A stretch of 64,000 bases of DNA from Gammaproteobacteria bacterium (GTDB taxonomy: Bacteria > Pseudomonadota > Gammaproteobacteria > S012-40), in contig JAOUJM010000001.1 of assembly GCA_029883265.1 (NCBI GenBank), forward strand, positions 10,511 through 74,510, in the 5' to 3' direction. The notes below the pieces were generated by a model, which ran no database searches, was not told the origin of the DNA, and worked only from the letters and a program-made list of their open reading frames with translations. Below, piece after piece: positions 9,194 through 17,096 of this stretch (its first letter is position 1; each line of letters starts with the position of its first letter). Made by a program: the position numbers and the translations under genes.

Positions 9194-9748
9194 TCAATTA
9201 CTAAGTCGAAGCACTTTACCCGAGGATACTTTGAAATGACTAGTAACGATTTTTTGTTCGCCGTTTATGATATAAATATAGTTTGCAATGATAGTTTTAT
9301 TTTCTATTTTTATGTCCCTAAGATTGCTAACTATGGCGTCACCATCTAGCAACCTAAAGCTGCTATCACGAAATTGAAAAATTAGTAAATTATAAAGATT
9401 TCCGCCACTATTGTAATACACGAGCAATTCTGGAGTTGGTTCTTCATCCATGTTCTCTTGTGCAAAATCAACGGAATGACCCTCTAGCATATAAATTATC
9501 TTAGGATAGCCATTTTCAATTGTTAACAAATAAGTTTCGTTTGTGGGTAGGCAATCATCAGCATCATCAATGTAGAATATTTTTAAATCACGGATTTCCA
9601 TGCTCTTCTTTGAATGAATATGAAACTCCATTTTGTTTGAGCCAGACTCAAATTTGTTGCACTTTTCCACAGATGAAAAACAATTAGTAATTCCGGCAAT
9701 ACTTATTAAAATCACGTATAAAGCATGTCTTATATGAGCCATTTTCAC
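9194..9748 (-). CDS. Putative immunity protein for toxin H, with N-terminal signal peptide (periplasmic)
   Basis: 184 aa. Hydrophobic leader MKMAHIRHALYVILISIAGITNCFSS. Its start overlaps the toxin H stop (9745..9748). Its stop lies 8 bp from the tnpC stop, in convergent orientation. Confidence 0.55.
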   Translation of the reverse strand: MKMAHIRHALYVILISIAGITNCFSSVEKCNKFESGSNKMEFHIHSKKSMEIRDLKIFYIDDADDCLPTNETYLLTIENGYPKIIYMLEGHSVDFAQENMDEEPTPELLVYYNSGGNLYNLLIFQFRDSSFRLLDGDAIVSNLRDIKIENKTIIANYIYIINGEQKIVTSHFKVSSGKVLRLSN

Positions 9749-10509
9749 GGTTTACCTTGTGTCTTAAGATAGTTTTCAATAAATTGCACGGTGGTTCCAT
9801 GCCCCTTAGTCGTATTGTAATAGACTTTCCAGTCCTGCGCATAAGAGTGAGCACCAGGTGATTCAATGAAAGATAGTTGACTTCTATATCTCCAATATTG
9901 TAAACCAGCCATCGCTGCAGCATATTTATCATTATTTCGGAGTTCAGAATGCAAATCACCACCATTTGTGAAGCTCATTACTAACTTTGCTATTTTGGGT
10001 TTATATGCAAGGACATTTGCCCATATATCATCATGCGTATTCGGTTCCATTTGAAACAAACCTTTTGCAGGGCCATTACTAAATTGATCCCTGTATTTAA
10101 GCGAACTTTCTTGCGCAGCAGTACCAACTAGAACTTCTTGGAATTCGGTTCGGTATTTTGAAAAAGTTTTGTCTATTTTCCCGAGCTCATCAATGGCAGG
10201 TTTAATCGAGTTAGTAAGCAAAGCATCTGCTTTCTTCTTGAAATGAAGATTATTATTAAACGTATATTTCTCAAGTTCATCCAAGTCAATTTTATACCCT
10301 GATGAATCGAACAAGGACCCCTCCCCAAACGTTCCATCTTGAGGCGCTAAGCTAAGAAGATACTTCGCTACTTCAGTATTGTCACCCCAATCAACGTCGG
10401 GCAACTCGTTTTTATCAAGAACCGCGTTTTGGCCCACACTGGCCAGCATGTTTGAACCAACTGGGTTATTTTTCCTAGGGGCAGAGTTTTGGACGCTTAC
10501 TGGAACTAC
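9745..10509 (-). CDS. Toxin H: lytic transglycosylase (SLT/lysozyme-like) C-terminal domain entered through the IS66 IRR (…LFVVP-VSVQNSAP-RKNNPVGSNMLASVGQ…)
   Basis: Track ORF 9745..10449 extends in frame through 10478-10500, which is translated as VSVQNSAP, to GTA GTT CCA at 10509-10501. The motif LVGTAAQESSLKYRDQFSNGPAKGLFQMEP matches the SLT catalytic signature (E-S … GLMQ-like). Confidence 0.6.
   Translation of the reverse strand, partial: VVPVSVQNSAPRKNNPVGSNMLASVGQNAVLDKNELPDVDWGDNTEVAKYLLSLAPQDGTFGEGSLFDSSGYKIDLDELEKYTFNNNLHFKKKADALLTNSIKPAIDELGKIDKTFSKYRTEFQEVLVGTAAQESSLKYRDQFSNGPAKGLFQMEPNTHDDIWANVLAYKPKIAKLVMSFTNGGDLHSELRNNDKYAAAMAGLQYWRYRSQLSFIESPGAHSYAQDWKVYYNTTKGHGTTVQFIENYLKTQGKP
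10478..10500 (+). repeat. IS66-type right inverted-repeat-like sequence (GGGGCAGAGTTTTGGACGCTTAC), copy 1
   Basis: 20/23 complementary to the IRL at 6847. Identical to 22817-22839. Confidence 0.6.
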
Positions 10510-11168
10510 AAATAGTTAGATTTTTCCAATTCCCACCATTCCAAAAATAAACTCCAGTCATACCAGCTAACAACGGTACCATCGTAAGGCTCGCTTATCC
10601 TAGTACTACAAAATTGCTTACCAGCCAAAGAACTTATTTTTTCTAATGCTAAATCTCTAAGCTCGTAAAAATAATCGCTGTTCATCCCTTTCTCTGCAGC
10701 ATAATCATCTTGCCTAAAATGTATCAAAGGAGATATTTCTCCTTTTTTTGCATAAGTATAATAATGATACAAAGCTATCCTTCTATACCCCAAATCATCT
10801 GAAATAAGATAATCCGCCATTATTTCTCTATAATTAGGATAGTTATCCTTTAACCAAACAAATAACTCTAAAGCTTGATAACAAACATATTTACTTTCAT
10901 GCTTTAAAAGTTTTTCCAATCTACCCACTAAATATTTAAAAAAATCAGTACCGAATGTACCAGGCTTATTCTTTTCTAGAAGCGCGTTTAGAAAAAGAAA
11001 CCCTGTTGATATATCAGCTTGGTCATCAGACGATAAACAATTATGTACCCCCTGTATTACGACTGAGTTTATACCCAGCTTTTGAATATCCGAATGGGTA
11101 AGAGTACTAGTATCCACACCAGTAGCATCTGATAGCAATTTTCTCAGTTCCTCTGATGGGTTCATCAT
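10506..11168 (-). CDS. Putative immunity protein for toxin I
   Basis: 220-aa ORF. Its start overlaps the toxin I stop (11165..11168). Confidence 0.5.
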   Translation of the reverse strand: MMNPSEELRKLLSDATGVDTSTLTHSDIQKLGINSVVIQGVHNCLSSDDQADISTGFLFLNALLEKNKPGTFGTDFFKYLVGRLEKLLKHESKYVCYQALELFVWLKDNYPNYREIMADYLISDDLGYRRIALYHYYTYAKKGEISPLIHFRQDDYAAEKGMNSDYFYELRDLALEKISSLAGKQFCSTRISEPYDGTVVSWYDWSLFLEWWELEKSNYL

Positions 11169-11596
11169 GGTCTAGTTATCCATTTAAGCTCATTGACAAA
11201 TAATGATTCAGTATCAATTTGTTTCACAAAATCAGAATGAAGTTCTTTCGGAATATATGTTTGAGTACCTGATCCACCTTTCACTCCTCCCTGCCAAGCT
11301 TGAAGCCCAGGCTTGATCTCAAACACTCCAAGTTGCTCGGCATTATTTCCCCATGCTTTGATATTAAACAACTCTTCTGCATCCATTGAGTTCAATGGCT
11401 TCATATTACTAAAGAATTCTCCAGTACCGCGTTGACCTTGTCTCTGAGCTTGGAAATACAGACCTGGCTTAACTTCCCCAAACCCTTTAGTTGAAAAAGA
11501 ATCAAGCTTAGATGCACTTATATTTCCAGGTGCAATCAGGCTCGGTGATGGACCTGACTCAGGTATTACAACTGAAGATTTATTGTTTGGAACTAC
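11165..11596 (-). CDS. Orphan toxin C-terminal domain I (begins VVPNNKSSVVIPESGPSPSLIAPGNISASKLDSFSTKGFGEV...)
   Basis: Track ORF 11165..11404 extends in frame to GTA GTT CCA AAC at 11596. Confidence 0.55.
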   Translation of the reverse strand, partial: VVPNNKSSVVIPESGPSPSLIAPGNISASKLDSFSTKGFGEVKPGLYFQAQRQGQRGTGEFFSNMKPLNSMDAEELFNIKAWGNNAEQLGVFEIKPGLQAWQGGVKGGSGTQTYIPKELHSDFVKQIDTESLFVNELKWITRP

Positions 11597-12021
11597 CTTT
11601 TTATAGCAGTTCCTTTAACAATTATATCCTCACCTACTTTCTCAATTGAATCTATAGAGTTAATTACATAGTTTGCAACGTCATTATCTTCATCTAAAGC
11701 AATATCAAGAATATCGAACTTATGGTAAGCATAAAGATATTCAAATAAAGATGCGCCTTCGATATCTATGAATTCAGATAATAACGGATAATCAGTAGCC
11801 CCCGGATATGGGGGCTCAAAATCACCAGCAATCTCGTCATCTTCTCTAAGTTCTTCAACACCATCATTGTACAAAGGTGTGAGCTTTTCTATAAAAACTC
11901 CTTTAGCAAATTTAATTTCGTAGCGGAAAGTCTCAAAGCCATCCCCTTTTCCGAAGCTAAATTGGCTAAACGTTAACGCATTGGAATCAATGTTCTTACC
12001 ATCTACACTATATAAAATCAT
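11593..12021 (-). CDS. Putative immunity protein for toxin J
   Basis: 142-aa ORF immediately 3' of toxin J. Confidence 0.5.
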   Translation of the reverse strand: MILYSVDGKNIDSNALTFSQFSFGKGDGFETFRYEIKFAKGVFIEKLTPLYNDGVEELREDDEIAGDFEPPYPGATDYPLLSEFIDIEGASLFEYLYAYHKFDILDIALDEDNDVANYVINSIDSIEKVGEDIIVKGTAIKR

Positions 12022-12023
12022 CT

Positions 12024-12539
12024 TTAACTTCCCGGAGGTAGAATAATAATTTTGCCATCAGGCGTTATCGTAATTGATCCAGATGGAATATATGGTTGAC
12101 CAGCTTTCAAGTCTCCACCAGCTCTAGTCCCAGATCTTTGGAAAAATTGCTCTGGCGTTGTCATTGTTTCTATAGTTTTTGTACTTTTACCAGGAACAAT
12201 AGTAAGTTCTTCCATTTTTAAGAAATTTGGATTATCAGCTGCGGCTTTATTGACGTTTTTAATTATTCTTTGAGCTTGCTTTTCAGATAAGCTACCGAAA
12301 CCGACATCAATATCACTACCTTTGCCGAAATCGCCTCTTATTCGGCTACCACCAAATACTACTGTTGAATTTCTTTTTAGCCCCTGCTCTAAAATTAACG
12401 TAGCTTGCTCAGTTGTCAAATCAGGTACATGCTTTGATAAAAATGCAGACTGTTCTGCAATGCCTGATGTGGTTAATGTAGTTTGCTCAGGATATGCATT
12501 AAATACAGATTTATCTGTCCAGCGTGTGTTTGGAACTAC
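12024..12539 (-). CDS. Orphan toxin J with nucleotidyltransferase-fold motif (begins VVPNTRWTDKSVFNAYPEQ...)
   Basis: Track ORF 12024..12419 extends to the junction at 12539. VVFGGSRIRGDFGKGSDIDVGF fits the G-S…D-x-D signature of pol-beta-superfamily nucleotidyltransferases. Confidence 0.5.
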   Translation of the reverse strand, partial: VVPNTRWTDKSVFNAYPEQTTLTTSGIAEQSAFLSKHVPDLTTEQATLILEQGLKRNSTVVFGGSRIRGDFGKGSDIDVGFGSLSEKQAQRIIKNVNKAAADNPNFLKMEELTIVPGKSTKTIETMTTPEQFFQRSGTRAGGDLKAGQPYIPSGSITITPDGKIIILPPGS

Positions 12540-12985
12540 TTATCTGTATAATACCATTCTAGAAAATCGAAAAAACTTTTGTATATCGGTTGCAACATCC
12601 TCTTGGAGAGTTTTTCCTCTTCTCCCCAGCTCACATCAAATACTTCATCGCTAACTTTGCTATAAAAATAGCTCCCCTCACCTTCAATAGACGAAATACG
12701 TAAATAATCTTCCATTCCTGGCAGTGAGCTATATTCACCTGATTCAGCATCTTCAATAATTTTTTCCAAAGTGCTAATTTCGCTACCGTTACCCACTACT
12801 GGGATAGCCACCAAAGTATAAAAATCAATAAAGGCAGAGTCAGCATTTCTTATTCCCAACTCTTTCTCAAAATAATTCTTGTCATCTTGCGTAACTATAA
12901 ATTTTCCATCTTGTGCAGAAAAAACGCCGTCATAACACCACTTCAGGTTAGACTTATAGAAGTTTGAGACAATGTCCGGTAACAA
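12536..12985 (-). CDS. Putative immunity protein for toxin K
   Basis: 149-aa ORF. Its TAG stop overlaps the first junction codon of toxin J (GTAG). Confidence 0.5.
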   Translation of the reverse strand: MLPDIVSNFYKSNLKWCYDGVFSAQDGKFIVTQDDKNYFEKELGIRNADSAFIDFYTLVAIPVVGNGSEISTLEKIIEDAESGEYSSLPGMEDYLRISSIEGEGSYFYSKVSDEVFDVSWGEEEKLSKRMLQPIYKSFFDFLEWYYTDK

Positions 12986-12986
12986 T

Positions 12987-13544
12987 TTAACGACCTCCGC
13001 TATTCGTTATCTCGATTAGTCGCTGTTGCCAATAGATTTTTCTGTCAATATCAAAAGCTGATCTATCAACAGGATATGTTGGATGTTGACTTTGAGTTGG
13101 CCCAGATCCCGCGCCATTCATTTCACGCCCTCTATTGGTTTTGTATGGGTGCAATGCCTCACCTCCTTGGCCTGTTTTTGACCGATGCGTTAAATCACTT
13201 AGTTCAAACAGAGGACCGTTCGCATTTTGGCGACTAAGATGCAATTCAATGCGAGACTGTACACCATTCTTCAGAACATAAGGAGCATTTCCCACTTCCA
13301 ATAGCTCCCTATTTGTAGTTGTATAGGTCCTTTTGGTTTTTGGATTGGTAATTTTTACCACTAAATCGGGATCAATTTCTTGTTGAAAGACTTTGTATTT
13401 AATCCCTGTCCCATTTACTGGGGCTACCCACACAGCTTCGGTTTTAAAATAACTAGGATTCTTGGCGTTTTTCGCCCGTAGCGCAACAAAGTCTATCTTA
13501 TTCGGTTCTACTGCTCCCTCAAGTTCATATTTGTTTGGAACTAC
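12987..13544 (-). CDS. Orphan toxin C-terminal domain K (begins VVPNKYELEGAVEPNKIDFVALRAKNAKNPSYFKTEAVWVAPVNG...)
   Basis: Track ORF 12987..13433 extends in frame to the junction at 13544. Confidence 0.55.
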   Translation of the reverse strand, partial: VVPNKYELEGAVEPNKIDFVALRAKNAKNPSYFKTEAVWVAPVNGTGIKYKVFQQEIDPDLVVKITNPKTKRTYTTTNRELLEVGNAPYVLKNGVQSRIELHLSRQNANGPLFELSDLTHRSKTGQGGEALHPYKTNRGREMNGAGSGPTQSQHPTYPVDRSAFDIDRKIYWQQRLIEITNSGGR

Positions 13545-14254
13545 TTATTAAAAAGCGCCTTCCTCAAGACTTTCTGAGCTTCTGCCTCTTCACCTGTAGA
13601 CTCTTTAAAGCATTCATCCTGTACATCAAGTTTAAGTACGCTTCCTAAATCAGAGACACATTCCATAGCAAAATTATCTGCCCCTATATCCCTCAAAAGA
13701 TCCTTACTCATCCACATAGTAGAACCAACACATTCAATATACCCATTCTTCAGATCCCATCGCCCTGGGTTCCTAGAAATATCAATCACTTCACTTTCAA
13801 GAGGAAATGGCAAACCATTGCTCTTCTTCGGTAGATTCGAATGATCTCGTCCTTCGGACTCATAGTAAGCAATATCTTCCATGTTTTGCCAACGGTCATA
13901 TTCTCCATCATATAACCTAGCCTGAACAAAAAACGGGTCATTTACTATTTGAGTAACCCATTTTTCTGCATACTCTTTAGACGCAGCTAGATTCTTTATA
14001 TCTAACCTGGAGAAATCCAGATCTGCTATATATGAAAACTCAATACTCCCCCCATCAAGCTCAATAAAGAAGCTATCGGCCTTATTCTTAAGAAGAGTTT
14101 CCGAAACATCAGTAAAACCTAGTTCTTTGCCAGTGAATCCATCCGCCACTTTTTTATCGGCATATATTTGTTTAAATTCTTCGGTAAGCTTATTCCATAA
14201 CTTATAAGCTTCAGCGTAAGCTTTACCTCTAAGAACAATTTCAATTTGTACCAT
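13541..14254 (-). CDS. Putative immunity protein for toxin L
   Basis: 237-aa ORF. Its start lies 6 nt after the toxin L stop. Confidence 0.5.
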   Translation of the reverse strand: MVQIEIVLRGKAYAEAYKLWNKLTEEFKQIYADKKVADGFTGKELGFTDVSETLLKNKADSFFIELDGGSIEFSYIADLDFSRLDIKNLAASKEYAEKWVTQIVNDPFFVQARLYDGEYDRWQNMEDIAYYESEGRDHSNLPKKSNGLPFPLESEVIDISRNPGRWDLKNGYIECVGSTMWMSKDLLRDIGADNFAMECVSDLGSVLKLDVQDECFKESTGEEAEAQKVLRKALFNK

Positions 14255-14259
14255 GATAA

Positions 14260-14676
14260 TTATTCACCAAACTCTTTAATAATTACTGGAATATTTCGCT
14301 GCTTGCCATACTCAATTAAATGCTTCGCATCATTAAAACCACCTGGCTGAACCCTAATATCCAATATTTTCGTTGCCGGAACGTCGGAAACGGTAATGGT
14401 AGTCTTTTGCAAGTGGTCGATATGAGATCTCATATCATACTCCCAAGATTTACCACCAGTATTAACCGTTTTCAGACTAACAACATTGTTTCCTTGTTGG
14501 AAATCAATCGAAGGGAAGTTATTAGACTTAAATGGTTCGCCAGTTTTTGGGTTAATAGAGTTATCGGAACGAGCCCAATCTTTATAATCTGTTTCTGTAA
14601 GGTGTGACTCAATCTGTCTACCACGAACCTTCGGATCTAGATCCCAAACTTCTCTGCCTAACTTGTTTGGAACAAC
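14260..14676 (-). CDS. Orphan toxin C-terminal domain L (startless, 138 aa; VVPNKLGREVWDLDPKVRGRQIESHLTETDYKDW…MRSHIDHLQK…EFGE)
   Basis: Not in the ORF track because it lacks Met. Hand translation is open from GTT GTT CCA AAC AAG at 14676-14662 to TAA at 14262..14260. The TAA stop of the upstream ORF (14679..14677) is directly adjacent. Confidence 0.55.
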   Translation of the reverse strand, partial: VVPNKLGREVWDLDPKVRGRQIESHLTETDYKDWARSDNSINPKTGEPFKSNNFPSIDFQQGNNVVSLKTVNTGGKSWEYDMRSHIDHLQKTTITVSDVPATKILDIRVQPGGFNDAKHLIEYGKQRNIPVIIKEFGE

Positions 14677-15075
14677 TTATCGCACAGTTACACTCCAAGA
14701 AAAGTCTGGATATCCATCATTTTCTGTGACTCCTAAGACCAGCTTTTTGGCACCTATCACGCACCTAATTTCGCCTAACTCTTCACTTATCTCATTAGGA
14801 TGTAGCAGATCAACGAACTGCCTATAAAATGGCTCGGTATTTTTCGACTTCAAAATTAGAGTTAGCGCGTCTTTTAAACCAGGACTATTACTCTCCACAA
14901 CAGCATTTGGAGTATCAACAGACAGCATAACTGGATTCATGCTTGAAGACAGAACACGTCCTATAAACAACTCACACAAAGATAACGCGCTTTCTGACGC
15001 CTCATTCAATTTGGGCGGAAGAATTATATCGACGGTTTTTTTGTTTTCACCAGTATTCATAGCACCTTCTTCCAA
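14677..15075 (-). CDS. Second small ORF of module M (accessory or immunity protein)
   Basis: 132 aa. It overlaps the 3' end of the zinc-ribbon ORF and ends immediately before the module L junction. Confidence 0.4.
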   Translation of the reverse strand: MEEGAMNTGENKKTVDIILPPKLNEASESALSLCELFIGRVLSSSMNPVMLSVDTPNAVVESNSPGLKDALTLILKSKNTEPFYRQFVDLLHPNEISEELGEIRCVIGAKKLVLGVTENDGYPDFSWSVTVR

Positions 15076-15293
15076 CCCCCTCGAAAAGCTTGGTCAGGAA
15101 ACTCTAATACCCATAATTGTCCACAGTGTTTGCACTTGTATTGAATTTTTATAAATGGCCCTGAATGATCTATTTGTCCGTAACTTTTCAACTCGCCCAT
15201 TTCAACCATCTGGGCAATCCGCTGCCGAAATTCAACGAATTCCTTCTCAGAATTAAACCGTTCTTGGCACAACTCGCAGACTACACAACTCAT
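15057..15293 (-). CDS. Putative immunity protein for toxin M (CxxC…CxxC zinc ribbon)
   Basis: 78 aa with CVVCELC … CKHCGQ. Its start overlaps the toxin M stop. Confidence 0.45.
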   Translation of the reverse strand: MSCVVCELCQERFNSEKEFVEFRQRIAQMVEMGELKSYGQIDHSGPFIKIQYKCKHCGQLWVLEFPDQAFRGGWKKVL

Positions 15294-15793
15294 GGCTTCA
15301 ACCTAAAGATGTGGGTATCCTCTATGGGTACTGGATCAAGCAAGAATTGAGTCCATCCTCCCTGTCCAGCTTCTGGATAGGAATTTGTATAAACCTCCCA
15401 CCCTCGTGTTCCTTCATTTCCAAATGGCCTTGCGACACTAAATCCGCGGACCTTATCTACGGGGATCGCGACACCATAAGTTGGTTCTCCCCACTCAGGC
15501 TTGATTTGAGCACCGCGAGCAATAGCACCACTGGAGTGCGAAAATTCTGTTGTTGAGTAGCCACGAACACTTCCATAACGCAGAGACTTATCAAGACCGT
15601 CTTCAGATAGATATCTAAAAATAAAATCCTGACTTTCTATAGACTCGGAGAGACGGCGTTCGTAGTTCAACTGCGAAAGCTTGTCAATCCTACCTGCACG
15701 CTCTTGCGGGCTTAGGTGACCATACTTTTCTTTCAGTGCTAATGAGCTTGCTCTCGCATCCAGAACAACCTGCGGTGCATTGTCTGGAACAAA
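15290..15793 (-). CDS. Orphan toxin C-terminal domain M (begins FVPDNAPQVVLDARASSLALKEKYGHLSPQE...)
   Basis: Track ORF 15290..15670 extends in frame to TTT GTT CCA GAC at 15793. It is in frame with, and directly after, the TGA stop of immunity N. Confidence 0.55.
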   Translation of the reverse strand, partial: FVPDNAPQVVLDARASSLALKEKYGHLSPQERAGRIDKLSQLNYERRLSESIESQDFIFRYLSEDGLDKSLRYGSVRGYSTTEFSHSSGAIARGAQIKPEWGEPTYGVAIPVDKVRGFSVARPFGNEGTRGWEVYTNSYPEAGQGGWTQFLLDPVPIEDTHIFRLKP

Positions 15794-16264
15794 TCACAAC
15801 AAGCCAAATTTTTCACCCTTACCAATTACTTCAATCGTAACTGAGTAGTCGGACTTTTTTATAGAAACATGTTCTATCAAACCATCAGTTAAATTCTCTA
15901 CACAAAAATCAATTTTTTCCGATTCACTTTTTGGCAAGAAAACCTTATCAGAATACTTTGCCAAATAAGGTAACTTTTTAACTATTGGAATCCTCAATAA
16001 CGGTGTGAGTTCTCTAAATACATCCAGGAATTTGTCGCTATCCAGAGAAGGAGATAAAATTTTCAAAGCTCTTTGAAAACTTCCGATATTTTCGTTTGCC
16101 ACAAAATCATCAAAACTTTTACCGGAAACTATAGCAACCTTTCTAGTGGGTAGGCTTTTACCTTGCCAAATAGTAAGAAACGCTTTAGAAAACTCAATCG
16201 TTCTTAATTTCTCTGGCTCTTCTTTTAAAAAATCTTTTGCCAAATTAATGCTCATATGCGTCAC
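15794..16264 (-). CDS. Putative immunity protein for toxin N
   Basis: 156-aa ORF 3' of toxin N. Confidence 0.5.
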   Translation of the reverse strand: MTHMSINLAKDFLKEEPEKLRTIEFSKAFLTIWQGKSLPTRKVAIVSGKSFDDFVANENIGSFQRALKILSPSLDSDKFLDVFRELTPLLRIPIVKKLPYLAKYSDKVFLPKSESEKIDFCVENLTDGLIEHVSIKKSDYSVTIEVIGKGEKFGLL

Positions 16265-16267
16265 CTT

Positions 16268-16792
16268 CTATTTAAAACCATAGATGGTTTTTATTCTATC
16301 CCATGCATCAAACCGTGTAGCCAGACTACCATTTTCTCCTAATAAAACCCTATTTTCATATATGGTTCCTAGTTCTGGTTTTCCTATGCTGTCTGCAAAC
16401 TTTTGTTCAGCTAGGAATGCTCTCGCCTCAAGATAAGACTTATTAGACATATTTTTCACACCGGAAATATCATCGAAAAAGTGTTGCCCTTCATGTGCAG
16501 TAATTGTAGCAGCTCGTTTTAACCCAGTATTTCCGGTATAAATTAGATCTTGGTTTAACTCAATTTGATTTGTACCAGGAAAATACCGACCATTAAGCCC
16601 ATCTAATTTCGAATAAACAATCTCAACTTTTCCATTTTGAATAGCAGTTGCCAATTTAACTGATCTAGCATCCCCAGTTTCCAATATACGGCTAATCATT
16701 TGAGGAGAAGGCGCTTGATTTCCGTTCGCTAACCTAACTCCATCACCCCCAAACATTACTTTACTTTCTAACTGAAGGTTGTCTGGAACAAC
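16268..16792 (-). CDS. Orphan toxin N with HExxH zinc-metallopeptidase motif (begins VVPDNLQLESKVMFGGDGV...)
   Basis: Track ORF 16268..16756 extends to the junction at 16792. It contains TITAHEGQHFFDD (HExxH). Confidence 0.5.
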   Translation of the reverse strand, partial: VVPDNLQLESKVMFGGDGVRLANGNQAPSPQMISRILETGDARSVKLATAIQNGKVEIVYSKLDGLNGRYFPGTNQIELNQDLIYTGNTGLKRAATITAHEGQHFFDDISGVKNMSNKSYLEARAFLAEQKFADSIGKPELGTIYENRVLLGENGSLATRFDAWDRIKTIYGFK

Positions 16793-16814
16793 CTAATCCC
16801 AAACATCAGTCAAG

Positions 16815-17096
16815 CTAACAAACAGACTCTAGATCCTTGATTAAAACCATAACCTGATCCTGATTACATTCAACAAAGAAACTGTCGATAGTAGAAGTTG
16901 TTTGCAAAGTAATAGATTGCTTAGCTTTAAGCTTTTCTGCTAGTTCTTTTGTTACATCTTCACGATTAGAATTAGTTATATGTACCGAACACACATCCTT
17001 ACCATAAACAACCATAGCTTCGTAGGAATCTTTTAAAGACCACCATTCTCGACGATCTAAAACTCCAGCTGCCTGTTCTCTTATTAAATTAGCCAT
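16815..17096 (-). CDS. Putative immunity protein for toxin O
   Basis: 93-aa ORF. Its start overlaps the toxin O stop (17096). Confidence 0.5.
   Translation of the reverse strand: MANLIREQAAGVLDRREWWSLKDSYEAMVVYGKDVCSVHITNSNREDVTKELAEKLKAKQSITLQTTSTIDSFFVECNQDQVMVLIKDLESVC

Larger units (their letters stand above)
6847..10500 (+). mobile_element. IS66-family element, copy 1, proposed extended (cargo-carrying) form: IRL-tnpA-tnpB-tnpC plus antisense cargo (secreted immunity H and lytic-transglycosylase-like toxin H) ending in an IRR-like sequence
   Basis: IRL GTAAGCGTCCCAAACTCCGCACC at 6847. GGGGCAGAGTTTTGGACGCTTAC ends at 10500 and is 20/23 complementary to the IRL. It is identical to the proven right end of copy 2. 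No IR-like sequence follows the tnpC stop at 9185. No matching 8-bp TSD was found (left flank CAGTGATA, right flank TGGAACTA), so the boundaries are less certain than for copy 2. Confidence 0.5.

Noticed and set aside
9186-9230. Possible conventional IS66 right ends just after the tnpC stops (e.g. ACTTTAC at 9215-9221; also 21045-21094)
   Set aside because: Neither region resembles the IRL inverse. The two copies share no similarity there. The perfect 8-bp TSD pairs instead with the distal GGACGCTTAC end for copy 2.
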